Shown one piece after another: positions 1-10,191 of a stretch of DNA of 64,000 nt. Where the stretch lies: NCBI GenBank assembly GCA_017938285.1, contig JAGBBW010000061.1:7627-71626 (forward strand), given 5' to 3'. Source of the DNA: Lachnospiraceae bacterium. GTDB taxonomy: Bacteria > Bacillota > Clostridia > Lachnospirales > Lachnospiraceae. Position 1 is the first letter of the stretch, and every line of letters starts with the position of its first letter. Under the pieces are notes generated by a model, which was given only the letters and a program-made list of their open reading frames with translations, had not been told where the DNA came from and made no database searches. The translations under genes were made by a program, and so were the position numbers.

Positions 1-2
1 GT

Positions 3-176
3 TCATCATTCAGAGGTGCAGATTTGTCGGAATGCATTATAAAAAATGTAGTATTCTCCAAATGTGATTTACGGGGAGCTGATTTATCCTGTGCAGGACT
101 TGAAACCTGTATACTGGATGGTATCATTTATGATGATTCAACCGTTTGGAATAAGAATTTGGAAAAGGATGTTTAG
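3..176 (+). CDS. Pentapeptide-repeat protein, C-terminal fragment (5' end lies outside the window)
   Basis: Frame 3 reads SSFRGADLSECIIKNVVFSKCDLRGADLSCAGLETCILDG... with A(D/N)LxX-type 5-residue periodicity. Stop codon at 174-176. Confidence 0.5.
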   Translation, partial: SSFRGADLSECIIKNVVFSKCDLRGADLSCAGLETCILDGIIYDDSTVWNKNLEKDV

Positions 177-334
177 AAGATATTTTAAGAAATATCAGAA
201 AATTTTGATTGACCTGGAAGGAAGAAAAATGAGTATTGAATTGTTTGATAAAAAATCATAAAAGAAACAGAAATATTATAATAGCATATTTTCTTATACT
301 AATCATTTACAGTATAATTTTTCATGAAGGAACG

Positions 335-616
335 ATGAAAGACAAATTGATTTTATATGTGACAACGGCACTGGGAGTGACGTTTAGTTATTTTTTTTAT
401 TATGCCTTTTTTGCGCTTATGATGAAATGCCCTTTTGCATCAAAAAAAATAATGAGAAATACATTGACAATTTTAACCTATTTCCTTGCAATAATATCAC
501 CACTATACGGATTTTATCATGTTACAGGTGGATTTTCCAGAGTAGCATTTTGGTTGCCTGTACTGTATATGGCAATGGTAAAGTTACTGGAAAAGATGGA
601 AATAAAGGAGCAGTGA
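335..616 (+). CDS. Small hydrophobic membrane protein, hypothetical
   Basis: ORF 236-616. The internal Met (MKDKLILYV...) follows GAAGGA. There are 3-4 predicted TM stretches in AT-rich local sequence. No family recognised. Confidence 0.4.
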   Translation: MKDKLILYVTTALGVTFSYFFYYAFFALMMKCPFASKKIMRNTLTILTYFLAIISPLYGFYHVTGGFSRVAFWLPVLYMAMVKLLEKMEIKEQ

Positions 617-719
617 TAAAATGAAAAATGGTATATTGACCTTGCACCCTGCTTCTTTCCATCTGCACAGATATTAAAGAAAACAGAAAGAAGCATGGTG
701 CACAGACAAAGGTGACGGC

Positions 720-1076
720 TCAGCTCAGCATTCCTCCCACACATCCGGAAAGCAGGGCGAATGCCAGCATGGTCAGGGAACGTTCCAGTTGTACGCTGAA
801 ATCCGGAGAAAGGGAAATGGTCAGAACCAGGTAAATAATAAAAAAGGCGGTGCCAAAGCCCAGTCCCCAGAGAAATCTCCGTGCCTCGGCATGTTTTGCA
901 AAATACCATGCTCCGGTAAAGGTGGAAAGACAAAGGGCGACAATAAGCAGAGCGGACATAACAGAGTCCCCAATCTGGCCTTTCAACATGACAAAGGCAA
1001 GAAGAAACACCAGAAGTCCCATAACCAGGGTGGAAAACAGGAGTCCTTTAAGAAGGTAAATTATGTTTTGTTTCAT
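720..1076 (-). CDS. Small integral membrane protein (resembles the TIGR04086-type family of Firmicutes)
   Basis: ORF 720-1217 minus strand. The likely start is the internal MKQNIIYLLKGLLFSTLV. Four hydrophobic segments. The family assignment is from memory only. Confidence 0.5.
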   Translation of the reverse strand: MKQNIIYLLKGLLFSTLVMGLLVFLLAFVMLKGQIGDSVMSALLIVALCLSTFTGAWYFAKHAEARRFLWGLGFGTAFFIIYLVLTISLSPDFSVQLERSLTMLAFALLSGCVGGMLS

Positions 1077-1270
1077 AAAGAAAGTACCTCGTTGTATGTA
1101 ATAGGGTGTTGTTACATATATATGAGGTGCTTTAGTTTTATATGCCGGAGGAATGTTTGGTTTTCTCTGTAAAAGGTCTTTTGTGTTATTCTCAAAAATT
1201 TCCCTTGCACTTTCCATTCATTTGCGTTATGATGTGCATGACAAATTAAATAATGAGAGGAAATAGAATA

Positions 1271-1342
1271 AGAGGAGAAAAATTCTCTGCCCGCATGCGG
1301 GCGGGCATTTTACTCCGTAAAACGAGGAGAATTATGTTATGA
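1271..1342 (+). promoter_or_regulatory. Leader element copy A: SD-like AGGAG, GC hairpin (GCCCGC-N6-GCGGGC), T-run, then the real SD. It contains a 15-codon uORF whose stop overlaps the ABC substrate-binding-protein start codon.
   Basis: The sequence agaggagaaaaattctctgcccgcATGcgggcgggcattttactccgtaaaacgaggagaattatgttATGA is near-identical in layout to two copies upstream of proS (52264-52374). Confidence 0.35.
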
Positions 1343-2892
1343 AAAGAAAATTACTTCTTACATTACTTCTGTTTTCCATGCTGACTGCACTTTGCGCATG
1401 CAAGGGCGGTACGGATCAGGGAAACACTCCGGATAATATTTCTTCTGGAACTCCTGCGACGGGTGGAGAAATCGTCGTAGGAATTACACAGGATCTGGAC
1501 AGTCTTGACCCACATATTGCAGTTGCGGCAGGAACCGACGAAGTTCTGTTTAATATTTTTGAGGGCCTTGTGAAGCCTGATAAAAATGGAAATTTTGTAG
1601 AAGCTGTAGCAGAAAGCTACGTTATCTCTGAGGATGCAATGACCTATACCTTCACCCTCCGGGAAAATGTAAAGTTCCATAATGGGGACACTGTTACGGT
1701 GGAAGATGTCGTATATTCACTGAAGCGCTGCGCCGGTCTCTTAGACGTTCAGGATCCGAATGTCTTGGTAGATTCGGCGCTTTCTCGTAGTATTGCGGAA
1801 ATTACTGCACCGGATGAACGTACCGTGGTGTTAAAGCTTCATCAGGCAAACACGGAGCTGCTTCCGTACTTAACCTGCGCCATTATTCCGTGTGATTATG
1901 ATGCGCAGGCAACCAGTCCGGTAGGTACCGGACCATTTAAGTTCGTGTCCTATGCACCGTTAGAGAGCTTTGTCATTGAGAAGAACAAGGATTACTATGG
2001 AACCATGGCATATCTTGACAAGGTCACTTTTAAGATTTATGCCAGTTCTGACGCTGCATTCCTGGAACTGATGGCGGGAACCATTGATATTTTCCCATAT
2101 CTCACGGACGAACAGGCAACCCAGCTGTCTGAAAAGTATTCCATTGAAGTAGGTACCATGAATCTGGTGCAGGCACTGTTTCTTAACAATGGAGTGGCAC
2201 CGTTTGACAATGTGAAGGTGCGTCAGGCGTTCTGCCATGCCATTAACCGTCAGGAAATTCTCAATATGCTCTCCGGCGGCCGTGGAACCATTATCAACAG
2301 CGGTATGACACCTGGTCTGGCAAGCTACTATAATGATGCAGTGACAGAGTATTCCTATGATGTGGAAAAGGCAAAGCAGTTGCTGGCAGAAGCCGGCTAT
2401 GGAGATGGTCTGGAAATTACCATTACCGTACCGTCCAACTACCAGTACCACATGGATACTGCCCAGGTGATTGTGGAGCAGTTGAAAAAGGTAGGTGTGA
2501 CAGCAAAGATTGAACCGGTAGAGTGGGCAAGCTGGCTGTCCGATGTGTATAAGGGCAGAGACTACCAGGCAACGGTGGTTGGTCTGGATTTCAACCTGGC
2601 ACCAAGTGATGTGGTGAAGAGATACCAGTCCACCGCAAGCAATAACTTTGTGAACTATTCCAATGCTGCGTTTGACAGTACCTTTGCAGTTGCACTGGCT
2701 TCGATTGAGGAACAGGAAAAGACAACTGCCTATAAGGAACTTCAGAAGCTTCTGGCAGAGGATGCGGCTTCGGTTTACATTCAGGACCCGGCACTTTTAA
2801 CTGCGGTGAGCAAAGAGCTGGGCGGTTATACCTTCTATCCGGTCTATGTGCAGGATATGTCGCTGGTATATTTTAAGGAATCACAGAAATAA
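1339..2892 (+). CDS. ABC transporter substrate-binding lipoprotein, peptide/nickel (family 5, Opp/Dpp-like)
   Basis: 517 aa. Signal peptide with lipobox LTALCAC. Family-5 SBP-like sequence throughout. Followed by two permeases and an ATPase. Confidence 0.9.
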   Translation: MKRKLLLTLLLFSMLTALCACKGGTDQGNTPDNISSGTPATGGEIVVGITQDLDSLDPHIAVAAGTDEVLFNIFEGLVKPDKNGNFVEAVAESYVISEDAMTYTFTLRENVKFHNGDTVTVEDVVYSLKRCAGLLDVQDPNVLVDSALSRSIAEITAPDERTVVLKLHQANTELLPYLTCAIIPCDYDAQATSPVGTGPFKFVSYAPLESFVIEKNKDYYGTMAYLDKVTFKIYASSDAAFLELMAGTIDIFPYLTDEQATQLSEKYSIEVGTMNLVQALFLNNGVAPFDNVKVRQAFCHAINRQEILNMLSGGRGTIINSGMTPGLASYYNDAVTEYSYDVEKAKQLLAEAGYGDGLEITITVPSNYQYHMDTAQVIVEQLKKVGVTAKIEPVEWASWLSDVYKGRDYQATVVGLDFNLAPSDVVKRYQSTASNNFVNYSNAAFDSTFAVALASIEEQEKTTAYKELQKLLAEDAASVYIQDPALLTAVSKELGGYTFYPVYVQDMSLVYFKESQK

Positions 2893-2967
2893 TCAGAAAA
2901 ATCAAATCGTAAAGAACCGGATGGTTATGAAATGCCGGATATGCAGGGAAAGGGGGAAACTTAATTT

Positions 2968-3903
2968 ATGAAATTTATTATAAAGAAAACTGGCTCTCTC
3001 ATTATTACACTTGTCATTATTTCATTTTTAAGTTTCCTTGCTTTTTCCCTGATTCCGGGGGATGCGGCGGTGGCAAGTCTTGGTATGGACGCTACCGAAG
3101 CAGATATTAACGCACTGCGGGAGGAACTGGGGTTAAACCGTCCGGTGCATGTACAGTATGCTGACTGGCTGCTGTCGGCCCTGCAGGGTGATTTTGGTGT
3201 TTCCACCCAGTATCATCTGCCGGTGAGTGAGCTGGTGGTAAAACGGCTTCCGGCAACGATTACGCTGGCAGTGTATTCCATGGTGATAATTATTCTGGTT
3301 TCTTTTCCGGCGGGTCTTCTGGGAACGAGAAAGCCGAACGGTGCCATGGATACCGTTATGACAGTGCTGTCCCAGGTGGGCATGGCGGTGCCACAGTTTT
3401 TTCTTGGCATTCTGCTTACTTTTTTCTTTGGTATTGTGCTGGACTGGTTTACCGTGGGTGGTTATGTCGGTGTGCAGGAAAATCCGGCAGGTTTTTTCCG
3501 GTTCCTGGTGCTTCCGGCAGTGGCGGTGGCAGTGCCTAAGTGTGCTACCATGACCCGGTATATACGAAATGCAGTGGTAGCGCAGAAAAAGCAGGATTAT
3601 GTGCGGACTGCCCGTGGAAAGGGAAATTCAGAAAAAAGAGTATTGTTACAGCATGTATTAGTGAATGTTATGATGCCGGTAGTGACCATGCTTGCCATGA
3701 TGGCAGCAGATGTACTGGCAGGAAGTATTGTAGTGGAGCAGGTATTTAATATTCCGGGACTGGGAAGGCTGTTGATTACTTCCATTTCCAACCGGGATTA
3801 TCCGGTGGTGCAGGCAATCGTGGTTTACATGGCGTGTGCCGTGGTGATTATGAATACACTGGCGGACATTGCATACCAGAAGCTGGACCCAAGAGTGCGG
3901 TAA
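2968..3903 (+). CDS. ABC peptide/nickel transporter permease (DppB/OppB-like)
   Basis: 311 aa multi-TM protein. N-terminal MKFIIKKTGSLIITL and a C-terminal ADIAYQKLDPRVR tail are typical of this family. Confidence 0.9.
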   Translation: MKFIIKKTGSLIITLVIISFLSFLAFSLIPGDAAVASLGMDATEADINALREELGLNRPVHVQYADWLLSALQGDFGVSTQYHLPVSELVVKRLPATITLAVYSMVIIILVSFPAGLLGTRKPNGAMDTVMTVLSQVGMAVPQFFLGILLTFFFGIVLDWFTVGGYVGVQENPAGFFRFLVLPAVAVAVPKCATMTRYIRNAVVAQKKQDYVRTARGKGNSEKRVLLQHVLVNVMMPVVTMLAMMAADVLAGSIVVEQVFNIPGLGRLLITSISNRDYPVVQAIVVYMACAVVIMNTLADIAYQKLDPRVR

Positions 3904-3987
3904 ATGGGCTTTTGGAAAATGTCTGGAAGCAGAACAAAATAAACAACGGGTTGTGGTAAGCAATGGGAATGTTTAAAGGAGAAGAAC

Positions 3988-4776
3988 ATGAAGAAACGAA
4001 TTAATTACAACTTAATTATTGGTTATACTCTGATTTTTCTCGTACTTCTTCTGGCTTTGGTGGGTCTGTTTTATACGCCATATCCGGCCAATGAGATGAA
4101 TGTGCTGGAAAAAAACCAGGCGCCGTCCCTTTCCCATTTCTTTGGAACAGACCAGTTTGGACGGGATATTTTCAGCCGTGTCATGGAAGGGGCTTCCACC
4201 AGCTTTCTGATTGCGGTGTGTGTTGTTCTGGTGGGAGCAGGAATCGGCACTCTTGCGGGAGCGGTGACTGCTTATTTTGGAGGATGGCTGGATGCGGTCC
4301 TTATGCGTGTGAATGATGTGATGGCAGCATTTCCAAGTGTGCTGCTGGCCATCTGTTTTGTGGCGGTGATAGGTCCCGGCACTTATAACCTGATTTGTGC
4401 ACTTGGAATCGTATTTATTCCGAGCTTTACCCGTGTGGTGCGGAGTGAGGTTCTGGTACAGAAAGAATTGGACTATGTCAGGAATGCGAAGCTCATGGGA
4501 GCTGGAAATCTGCGCATTCTTGTTTTTCATATATTGCCGAATATCCGGCCGGTATTAAAAACTTCCCTGCTGGTAGGGTTTCAGAATGCCGTATTGTCGG
4601 AGGCCGGCATGAGTTATCTTGGTCTGGGTGTGACCCAGCCTGACCCAAGCCTTGGAAGAATGCTGTCAGAAGCGCAGGGCTACCTTTGGAATGCACCGTG
4701 GTATGCGCTGGCACCGGGGCTGACCATTCTGGCGCTGACCCTGGGACTGGGTCTGGTGACCTCGGATAAGGCGTAA
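3988..4776 (+). CDS. ABC peptide/nickel transporter permease (DppC/OppC-like)
   Basis: 262 aa. The motif FGTDQFGRDIFSRV is typical of OppC/DppC N-termini. RBS AAAGGAGAA. Confidence 0.9.
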   Translation: MKKRINYNLIIGYTLIFLVLLLALVGLFYTPYPANEMNVLEKNQAPSLSHFFGTDQFGRDIFSRVMEGASTSFLIAVCVVLVGAGIGTLAGAVTAYFGGWLDAVLMRVNDVMAAFPSVLLAICFVAVIGPGTYNLICALGIVFIPSFTRVVRSEVLVQKELDYVRNAKLMGAGNLRILVFHILPNIRPVLKTSLLVGFQNAVLSEAGMSYLGLGVTQPDPSLGRMLSEAQGYLWNAPWYALAPGLTILALTLGLGLVTSDKA

Positions 4777-4795
4777 GAGAGGAAAGGAGGTACCT

Positions 4796-6385
4796 ATGAC
4801 CCTGTTGCAAATCAGAAATTTAAGAATAGCGTTTTGTTCCAGCCGTCAGGCAGATGGTTTGTTTTTGAAGTCCACGGAGCAGGAAGTGGTTCATGGCATT
4901 GACCTGTCCATTGGACAGGGGGAAATTGTAGGACTGGTGGGGGAGTCCGGTTCGGGTAAAAGTGTGACTTCCCTTTCTGTGATGAAGCTGCTGCATGAGG
5001 AGGCGGTGATTACGGCGGATGAAATGACGTTTGCCGGAATACCACTGTTGTCCCAGACGGAGGAGGAATGGCAGAAACTGCGGGGAAACCGTATTTCCAT
5101 GGTATTTCAGGAGCCGATGACTTCGTTAAATCCGGTGCTTACCATTGAGAAGCAGGTAGAAGAGGGACTTCTGCTTCATGAGGAAGAAAAGTATAAAAGC
5201 AATAAAGAACTACGCCGTGCCAGGGTGCTGGAGGTTCTGGCAGAGGCAGGATTAAAAGAGCCGGAGGAACTGTTAAAGAAGTATCCCCATCAGTTATCCG
5301 GCGGTATGCGGCAGCGTGTGATGATTGCCATTGCCATGCTCTGCAGCCCGGAACTTCTGATTGCAGATGAACCGACAACGGCACTGGATGCGGCAACCCA
5401 GGAAATTATTTTAAAACTGCTGTCGTATTACAGTGAGACGTATGGTACATCAATCCTGTTTATTTCCCATGATCTTTCCCTGGTGGCGAGACTTTGTGAC
5501 CGGGTTGTGGTAATGAAACACGGACGGGTGGTGGAAACCGGAACAAGGGAGGAAATTTTTGAGCATCCACAGGAGGAGTATACGAAACAGTTGATTTCTG
5601 CGGCAAAGGGGGAGCAGCTGGCGGAAGCAGGGGAATCCCGGTCCGGTGTGCCGTTACTGGAGTTAAAGCATGCTGTCATCCAGTACAGGGAGAAAAATTT
5701 CTTTGGGAAGGAAACGGTGACGGAGGCCGTGGATGATGTTTCCTTTACGTTACACCGGGGAGAAATTCTTGGTCTGGTGGGCGAGAGCGGTTCAGGAAAA
5801 TCCAGTCTGTCCAAAGCGGTGACCGGACTGCTGGCACTGACCAGTGGAGAACTGGTTCTGGCAGAAGGAATCCGCCGTCCCCAGATGGTATTCCAGGACC
5901 CGTATGGCAGTCTGAATCCAGCAAAGAAAATCGGATGGATTTTAGAGGAACCGTTAAAAATTCATGGTGGTTTTTCAAAAATAGAACGAAAAAGACTTGT
6001 CAGAGAGGCCCTGAAAGAGGTAGAATTAGACGAAGCGTATGCAGGAAGGTATGTAAGAGAACTGTCCGGTGGACAGAGACAGCGGGTTGCCATTGCGGCA
6101 GCACTGATACAGAAACCGGAGCTGGTGATTCTGGATGAACCGGTGTCGGCGCTGGATGTAACGGTGCAGGGACAGATTCTGGAACTGCTGTACCGTCTGA
6201 AGGAAGAACATGGTATGTCTTATCTGTTTGTGTCCCATGATATGAGTGTCATCCGGCGGATATGTGACCGGGTACTTGTATTGTATCAGGGAAAACTGGT
6301 GGAAGAAGGAAGGACAGAGGATGTGCTGGAACATCCGCAGCACCCATATACCAGAGAACTGCTGCGCAGGAAGGAAGCAGAGTAA
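4796..6385 (+). CDS. Fused tandem ABC ATPase (DppD/DppF-like, two NBDs)
   Basis: 529 aa with two Walker A motifs (GESGSGKS twice), two signature motifs ([16 protein letters not shown]) and two Walker B motifs ([16 protein letters not shown]). Confidence 0.9.
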   Translation: MTLLQIRNLRIAFCSSRQADGLFLKSTEQEVVHGIDLSIGQGEIVGLVGESGSGKSVTSLSVMKLLHEEAVITADEMTFAGIPLLSQTEEEWQKLRGNRISMVFQEPMTSLNPVLTIEKQVEEGLLLHEEEKYKSNKELRRARVLEVLAEAGLKEPEELLKKYPHQLSGGMRQRVMIAIAMLCSPELLIADEPTTALDAATQEIILKLLSYYSETYGTSILFISHDLSLVARLCDRVVVMKHGRVVETGTREEIFEHPQEEYTKQLISAAKGEQLAEAGESRSGVPLLELKHAVIQYREKNFFGKETVTEAVDDVSFTLHRGEILGLVGESGSGKSSLSKAVTGLLALTSGELVLAEGIRRPQMVFQDPYGSLNPAKKIGWILEEPLKIHGGFSKIERKRLVREALKEVELDEAYAGRYVRELSGGQRQRVAIAAALIQKPELVILDEPVSALDVTVQGQILELLYRLKEEHGMSYLFVSHDMSVIRRICDRVLVLYQGKLVEEGRTEDVLEHPQHPYTRELLRRKEAE

Positions 6386-6411
6386 AAAAGAGCAGTGCGC
6401 AGGAAACGCAC

Positions 6412-8322
6412 ATGGAGATGGAGACTGCAATGAAGAAAGTAAGACAGAAGAAAAAATTTCCACGTATGATTTTAAAGTATATCGGCAGGCATAAGTGGTC
6501 GTACCTGGGTGGTATTATTACGTTGTTTGTGGTGGATTTTGCCAATCTCTATATTCCGGAATATACCGGAGATATCATTGATGGTCTGACGATAGGGAAT
6601 ATGGATTTGAACGGGGCACTGCATTATGTGTTCCTGATTTTACTGGTAGGACTTGTCCTGATGACAGGACGCTTTTTCTGGCGTTTTTTCATATTTGGAA
6701 GCTGCCGGAAAATTGAACTGGAAATCCGGGAGGATATGTTTTCCCATTTAACCGGACTGTCCATGAACTATTACAACAACAATAAAACCGGAGATCTGAT
6801 GGCTCACTTTACGAACGATTTAAATTCTGTGCGTATGGCGGTGGGACCGGCAGTGATTTCCACATTTGATGCAGTAATCATGACAATCATGGTGCTGGCA
6901 AAGATGATTGAGCATGTGAACCTGGAGCTGACCCTGCTGGCAGTTGTGCCGTTACTGGTCATTTTGTTTGGTGGTGTTTATTATGGAAAGGCGGTAGAAA
7001 AGCGTTTCTCAGAAAAACAGCAGGCGTTTTCTGATTTAACCGATGAGGTGCAGGAGAGCATTTCCGGTATCCGTGTGATTAAGGCTTTTGTGCAGGAGCA
7101 TCAGGAGATGAAGTCTTTTGCAAAAGCAAACCAGAAAAATAAAGAAAAAAATATGCAGGTAGTAAAACTGAATGCGGTTGTTATGCCGCTTTTGGACGCA
7201 CTGATAGGTCTTTCCAGCGTTATTACGTTATTGTATGGTGGTTATCTTGTATCTGAGGGAACGATTACAGCAGGCCAGTTTGTAGCCTTCAACCAGTATA
7301 TTGGTATGCTGGTGTGGCCGATGATTGCTACCGGGGACAGCATCAACCTGTTTTCCCAGGGTATTGCTTCCATGAACCGTATCCAGAGTATTTTTGACGA
7401 ACAGCCGGAAATTAAGGATACGGAAAAGACCGTGGCGGGCATTACGGCTCTGCAGGGTGACATTCAGCTTACCGGTTTAAATTTCCGTTACAGGCAGGCA
7501 ATGCCGGAAGCGTTAAAGGATATCAGTGTAAAGATTCCAAAGGGCAGTACCCTTGCTATTCTGGGCCGTACCGGAAGCGGCAAGACAACCATTGCCAACC
7601 TGCTGCTGCATATGTATAACGTAGAGGACGGTATGATTTCCTTTGATGGACGGGATATTAACGAGATTCCGTTAAAAACACTCAGAGAGCAGATTGCGTA
7701 TGTTCCACAGGATAACTTTCTGTTTTCGGACACGCTGCAGACCAACATTGCTTTTGGTGTGAGAAATTTTAAAGAGCGTCCGGCGGAAAAGACAAAACAT
7801 AAACTGTTTTTAAGCCGCAGGGAAAGCGAAGAAGCGTATCTGGAGCAGGAACTTTATAACCGGGAAAGCCAGGCAGACAAAGAATATAACGATCTGGATA
7901 AGGTGCAGGAAGCAGCAAAAATGGCCTGCATTCATGATAACATTATGGAATTTCCAAGGCAGTATTCCACCATGGTGGGTGAGCGTGGCGTGACCGTATC
8001 CGGCGGACAGAAGCAGCGAAGCTCCATTGCCAGGGCCCTGATGAAGGAGGCGCCGATTCTGATACTGGATGATTCCCTCTCTGCGGTCGATACCGATACC
8101 GAAGAGCAGATTTTAAAGAATTTAAAAGAGAACCGGGCGGGAAAAACGACAATTATCATTGCCCACCGGATTTCCACCATCCAGAACGCCGACCATATTC
8201 TTGTATTGGAAAATGGTGAAATGGCAGAGTACGGCACCCATGAGGAACTGCTGGAACAGGGTGGTATTTATGCAGGACTGTATGAAAAGCAGCAGCTGGA
8301 AAAACAGCTGGAAGCTGTATAG
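6412..8322 (+). CDS. ABC exporter TMD-NBD half-transporter, degenerate-site partner of a heterodimer
   Basis: 636 aa. Six-TM domain followed by an NBD with GRTGSGKTT and VSGGQKQR. Walker B is ILILDDS, so Asp replaces the catalytic Glu. A roughly 45 aa insertion lies between the Q-loop region and the signature motif. The true start may be the ATG at 6430, which has a better GGAG spacing. Confidence 0.88.
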   Translation: MEMETAMKKVRQKKKFPRMILKYIGRHKWSYLGGIITLFVVDFANLYIPEYTGDIIDGLTIGNMDLNGALHYVFLILLVGLVLMTGRFFWRFFIFGSCRKIELEIREDMFSHLTGLSMNYYNNNKTGDLMAHFTNDLNSVRMAVGPAVISTFDAVIMTIMVLAKMIEHVNLELTLLAVVPLLVILFGGVYYGKAVEKRFSEKQQAFSDLTDEVQESISGIRVIKAFVQEHQEMKSFAKANQKNKEKNMQVVKLNAVVMPLLDALIGLSSVITLLYGGYLVSEGTITAGQFVAFNQYIGMLVWPMIATGDSINLFSQGIASMNRIQSIFDEQPEIKDTEKTVAGITALQGDIQLTGLNFRYRQAMPEALKDISVKIPKGSTLAILGRTGSGKTTIANLLLHMYNVEDGMISFDGRDINEIPLKTLREQIAYVPQDNFLFSDTLQTNIAFGVRNFKERPAEKTKHKLFLSRRESEEAYLEQELYNRESQADKEYNDLDKVQEAAKMACIHDNIMEFPRQYSTMVGERGVTVSGGQKQRSSIARALMKEAPILILDDSLSAVDTDTEEQILKNLKENRAGKTTIIIAHRISTIQNADHILVLENGEMAEYGTHEELLEQGGIYAGLYEKQQLEKQLEAV

Positions 8323-8340
8323 GAAGGGGGATGGACTGAC

Positions 8341-10110
8341 ATGAGCAGCAAGAAATTATCTTCCATGGAAGAGTCGGTTCAGGGACCTGTATTTCGCCGT
8401 CTTTTAAAATATGCCGCACCATACTGGTGGCAGTTTCTGATCTGTCTGCTGTTAGTGCTTGGTATAACAGTGATAGAGATTTACCGTCCGGTTCTGACCG
8501 GTAAGGCAATTGACCTGTTTTCGGAATCTGCGGATTTTTCCCAGATTGCAGCGCTAAGTATCCAGTATGTGGTTGTTCTGGTGCTTGGATTTATTTTTAA
8601 TTTTTTGAACACCTGGATTTTACAGCTGACAGGGCAGACGATTATTTACAACATCCGTCAGGAAGTATTTGAGCATATCCACAGTCTTTCCATGCGTTTT
8701 TTTGATATTACACCGGTGGGAAAAATCGTGACCCGTGTGACGAATGACGTGGAAGCACTGAATGAAATGTACACCCAGACCCTGGTTCGTCTGATAAAAA
8801 ATATAGCGAAAATTATCGGTCTGACCGTGGTGATGTTTCTATTAAATGTCCGCCTGGCGGTACTGGCACTCTGCCTGCTTCCGTTAATTGTGGTACTGAC
8901 CATTGTGTTTAAAACGATTTCCAAAACAACCTACCGTATTGTACGGACGAAGCTGACCGCCCTAAATACATATCTTTCCGAGCATTTATCCGGTATGAAG
9001 GTGATTCAGATATTTGCGAAAGAGCGGGAAAAGAACATGGAATTTAAAGACCGCGCCAGGGATTTATTCCATGCCAGCTACCGGGAAATGCTGGTGTTCG
9101 CTATTTTCCGTCCACTGATGTACATTTTGTCCATTGTGGCACTCTGTATCATTCTGGGGGCAGGAAGCAGTGTGGTACTGGAAGGCGTAATAACCGCCGG
9201 TGTGTTATATACATTTTCGGATTATATCCGTTCTTTCTTTGAACCGATTCAGGAACTGGCAGAGCAGTTTTCCACATTGCAGTCTGCCATGGCATCGGCA
9301 GAAAAGATTTTCACCATTATGGATGAGGAGTCTCTTGTAAAGAATCCGGAACAGCCGGTGCAGATGGATGGAATCAAAGGACGTATCGTGTTTGAGCATG
9401 TCTGGTTTGCTTACCAGGGAGAAGACTGGATTTTAAAGGATGTCAGTTTTACCATAGAACCTGGACAGCGGGTGGCCTTTGTCGGTGCTACCGGTGCTGG
9501 AAAGTCCTCCATTCTGAATCTGATTGGCAGATATTATGATATCCAGAAGGGGCGTATTACCATTGACGGCGTGGATATTAAGGACATGAGTACCGATGAA
9601 CTGCGTGGTGCTATCGGTCAGGTACAGCAGGATGTGTTTATGTTCACCGGAGATATCAGATCCAACATCCGTTTAAAGAATGAAACCATTACAGAAGAGG
9701 AAATCAAAGAAGCTGCCCGTTATGTCAATGCAGACGGTTTTATTGAGCAGCTGGAGCATGGATATGATGAGGCGGTGACTGAGCGTGGTGCCACACTTTC
9801 CGCCGGACAGCGCCAGCTGATTTCTTTCGCAAGAACACTGGCATATAATCCGGCAATTCTTGTAATGGACGAAGCTACGGCAAACATTGACACCGAAACG
9901 GAACAGTTAATCCAGGAGGCACTGGAAAAGCTTATGCAGGGAAGAACGACCATTATGGTGGCGCATCGTCTGTCTACCATACAGCATGCGGATAAAATTA
10001 TGGTCATGCATAAAGGACGTATCCGGGAAAGCGGCACTCATCAGGAGCTTCTGGCCCAGGATGGAATTTATAAAAAATTATACGAACTTCAGCTGGCCAG
10101 TGTAATATAA
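8341..10110 (+). CDS. ABC exporter TMD-NBD half-transporter, consensus-site partner
   Basis: 589 aa. GATGAGKSS, LSAGQRQL and a canonical Walker B LVMDEAT. Sits immediately downstream of the degenerate partner. Confidence 0.9.
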   Translation: MSSKKLSSMEESVQGPVFRRLLKYAAPYWWQFLICLLLVLGITVIEIYRPVLTGKAIDLFSESADFSQIAALSIQYVVVLVLGFIFNFLNTWILQLTGQTIIYNIRQEVFEHIHSLSMRFFDITPVGKIVTRVTNDVEALNEMYTQTLVRLIKNIAKIIGLTVVMFLLNVRLAVLALCLLPLIVVLTIVFKTISKTTYRIVRTKLTALNTYLSEHLSGMKVIQIFAKEREKNMEFKDRARDLFHASYREMLVFAIFRPLMYILSIVALCIILGAGSSVVLEGVITAGVLYTFSDYIRSFFEPIQELAEQFSTLQSAMASAEKIFTIMDEESLVKNPEQPVQMDGIKGRIVFEHVWFAYQGEDWILKDVSFTIEPGQRVAFVGATGAGKSSILNLIGRYYDIQKGRITIDGVDIKDMSTDELRGAIGQVQQDVFMFTGDIRSNIRLKNETITEEEIKEAARYVNADGFIEQLEHGYDEAVTERGATLSAGQRQLISFARTLAYNPAILVMDEATANIDTETEQLIQEALEKLMQGRTTIMVAHRLSTIQHADKIMVMHKGRIRESGTHQELLAQDGIYKKLYELQLASVI

Positions 10111-10133
10111 TAGTACTAAAAATCTGTAATGAG

Positions 10134-10163
10134 TTGACAAAGTCCATTGCAGAGTGTTACAAT
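10134..10163 (+). promoter_or_regulatory. Sigma-A-type promoter upstream of dapA
   Basis: TTGACA at 10134-10139, 18 nt spacer, TACAAT at 10158-10163. Confidence 0.45.
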
Positions 10164-10191
10164 ACGGACAATCGCAAACAAGGAAGGGGAT

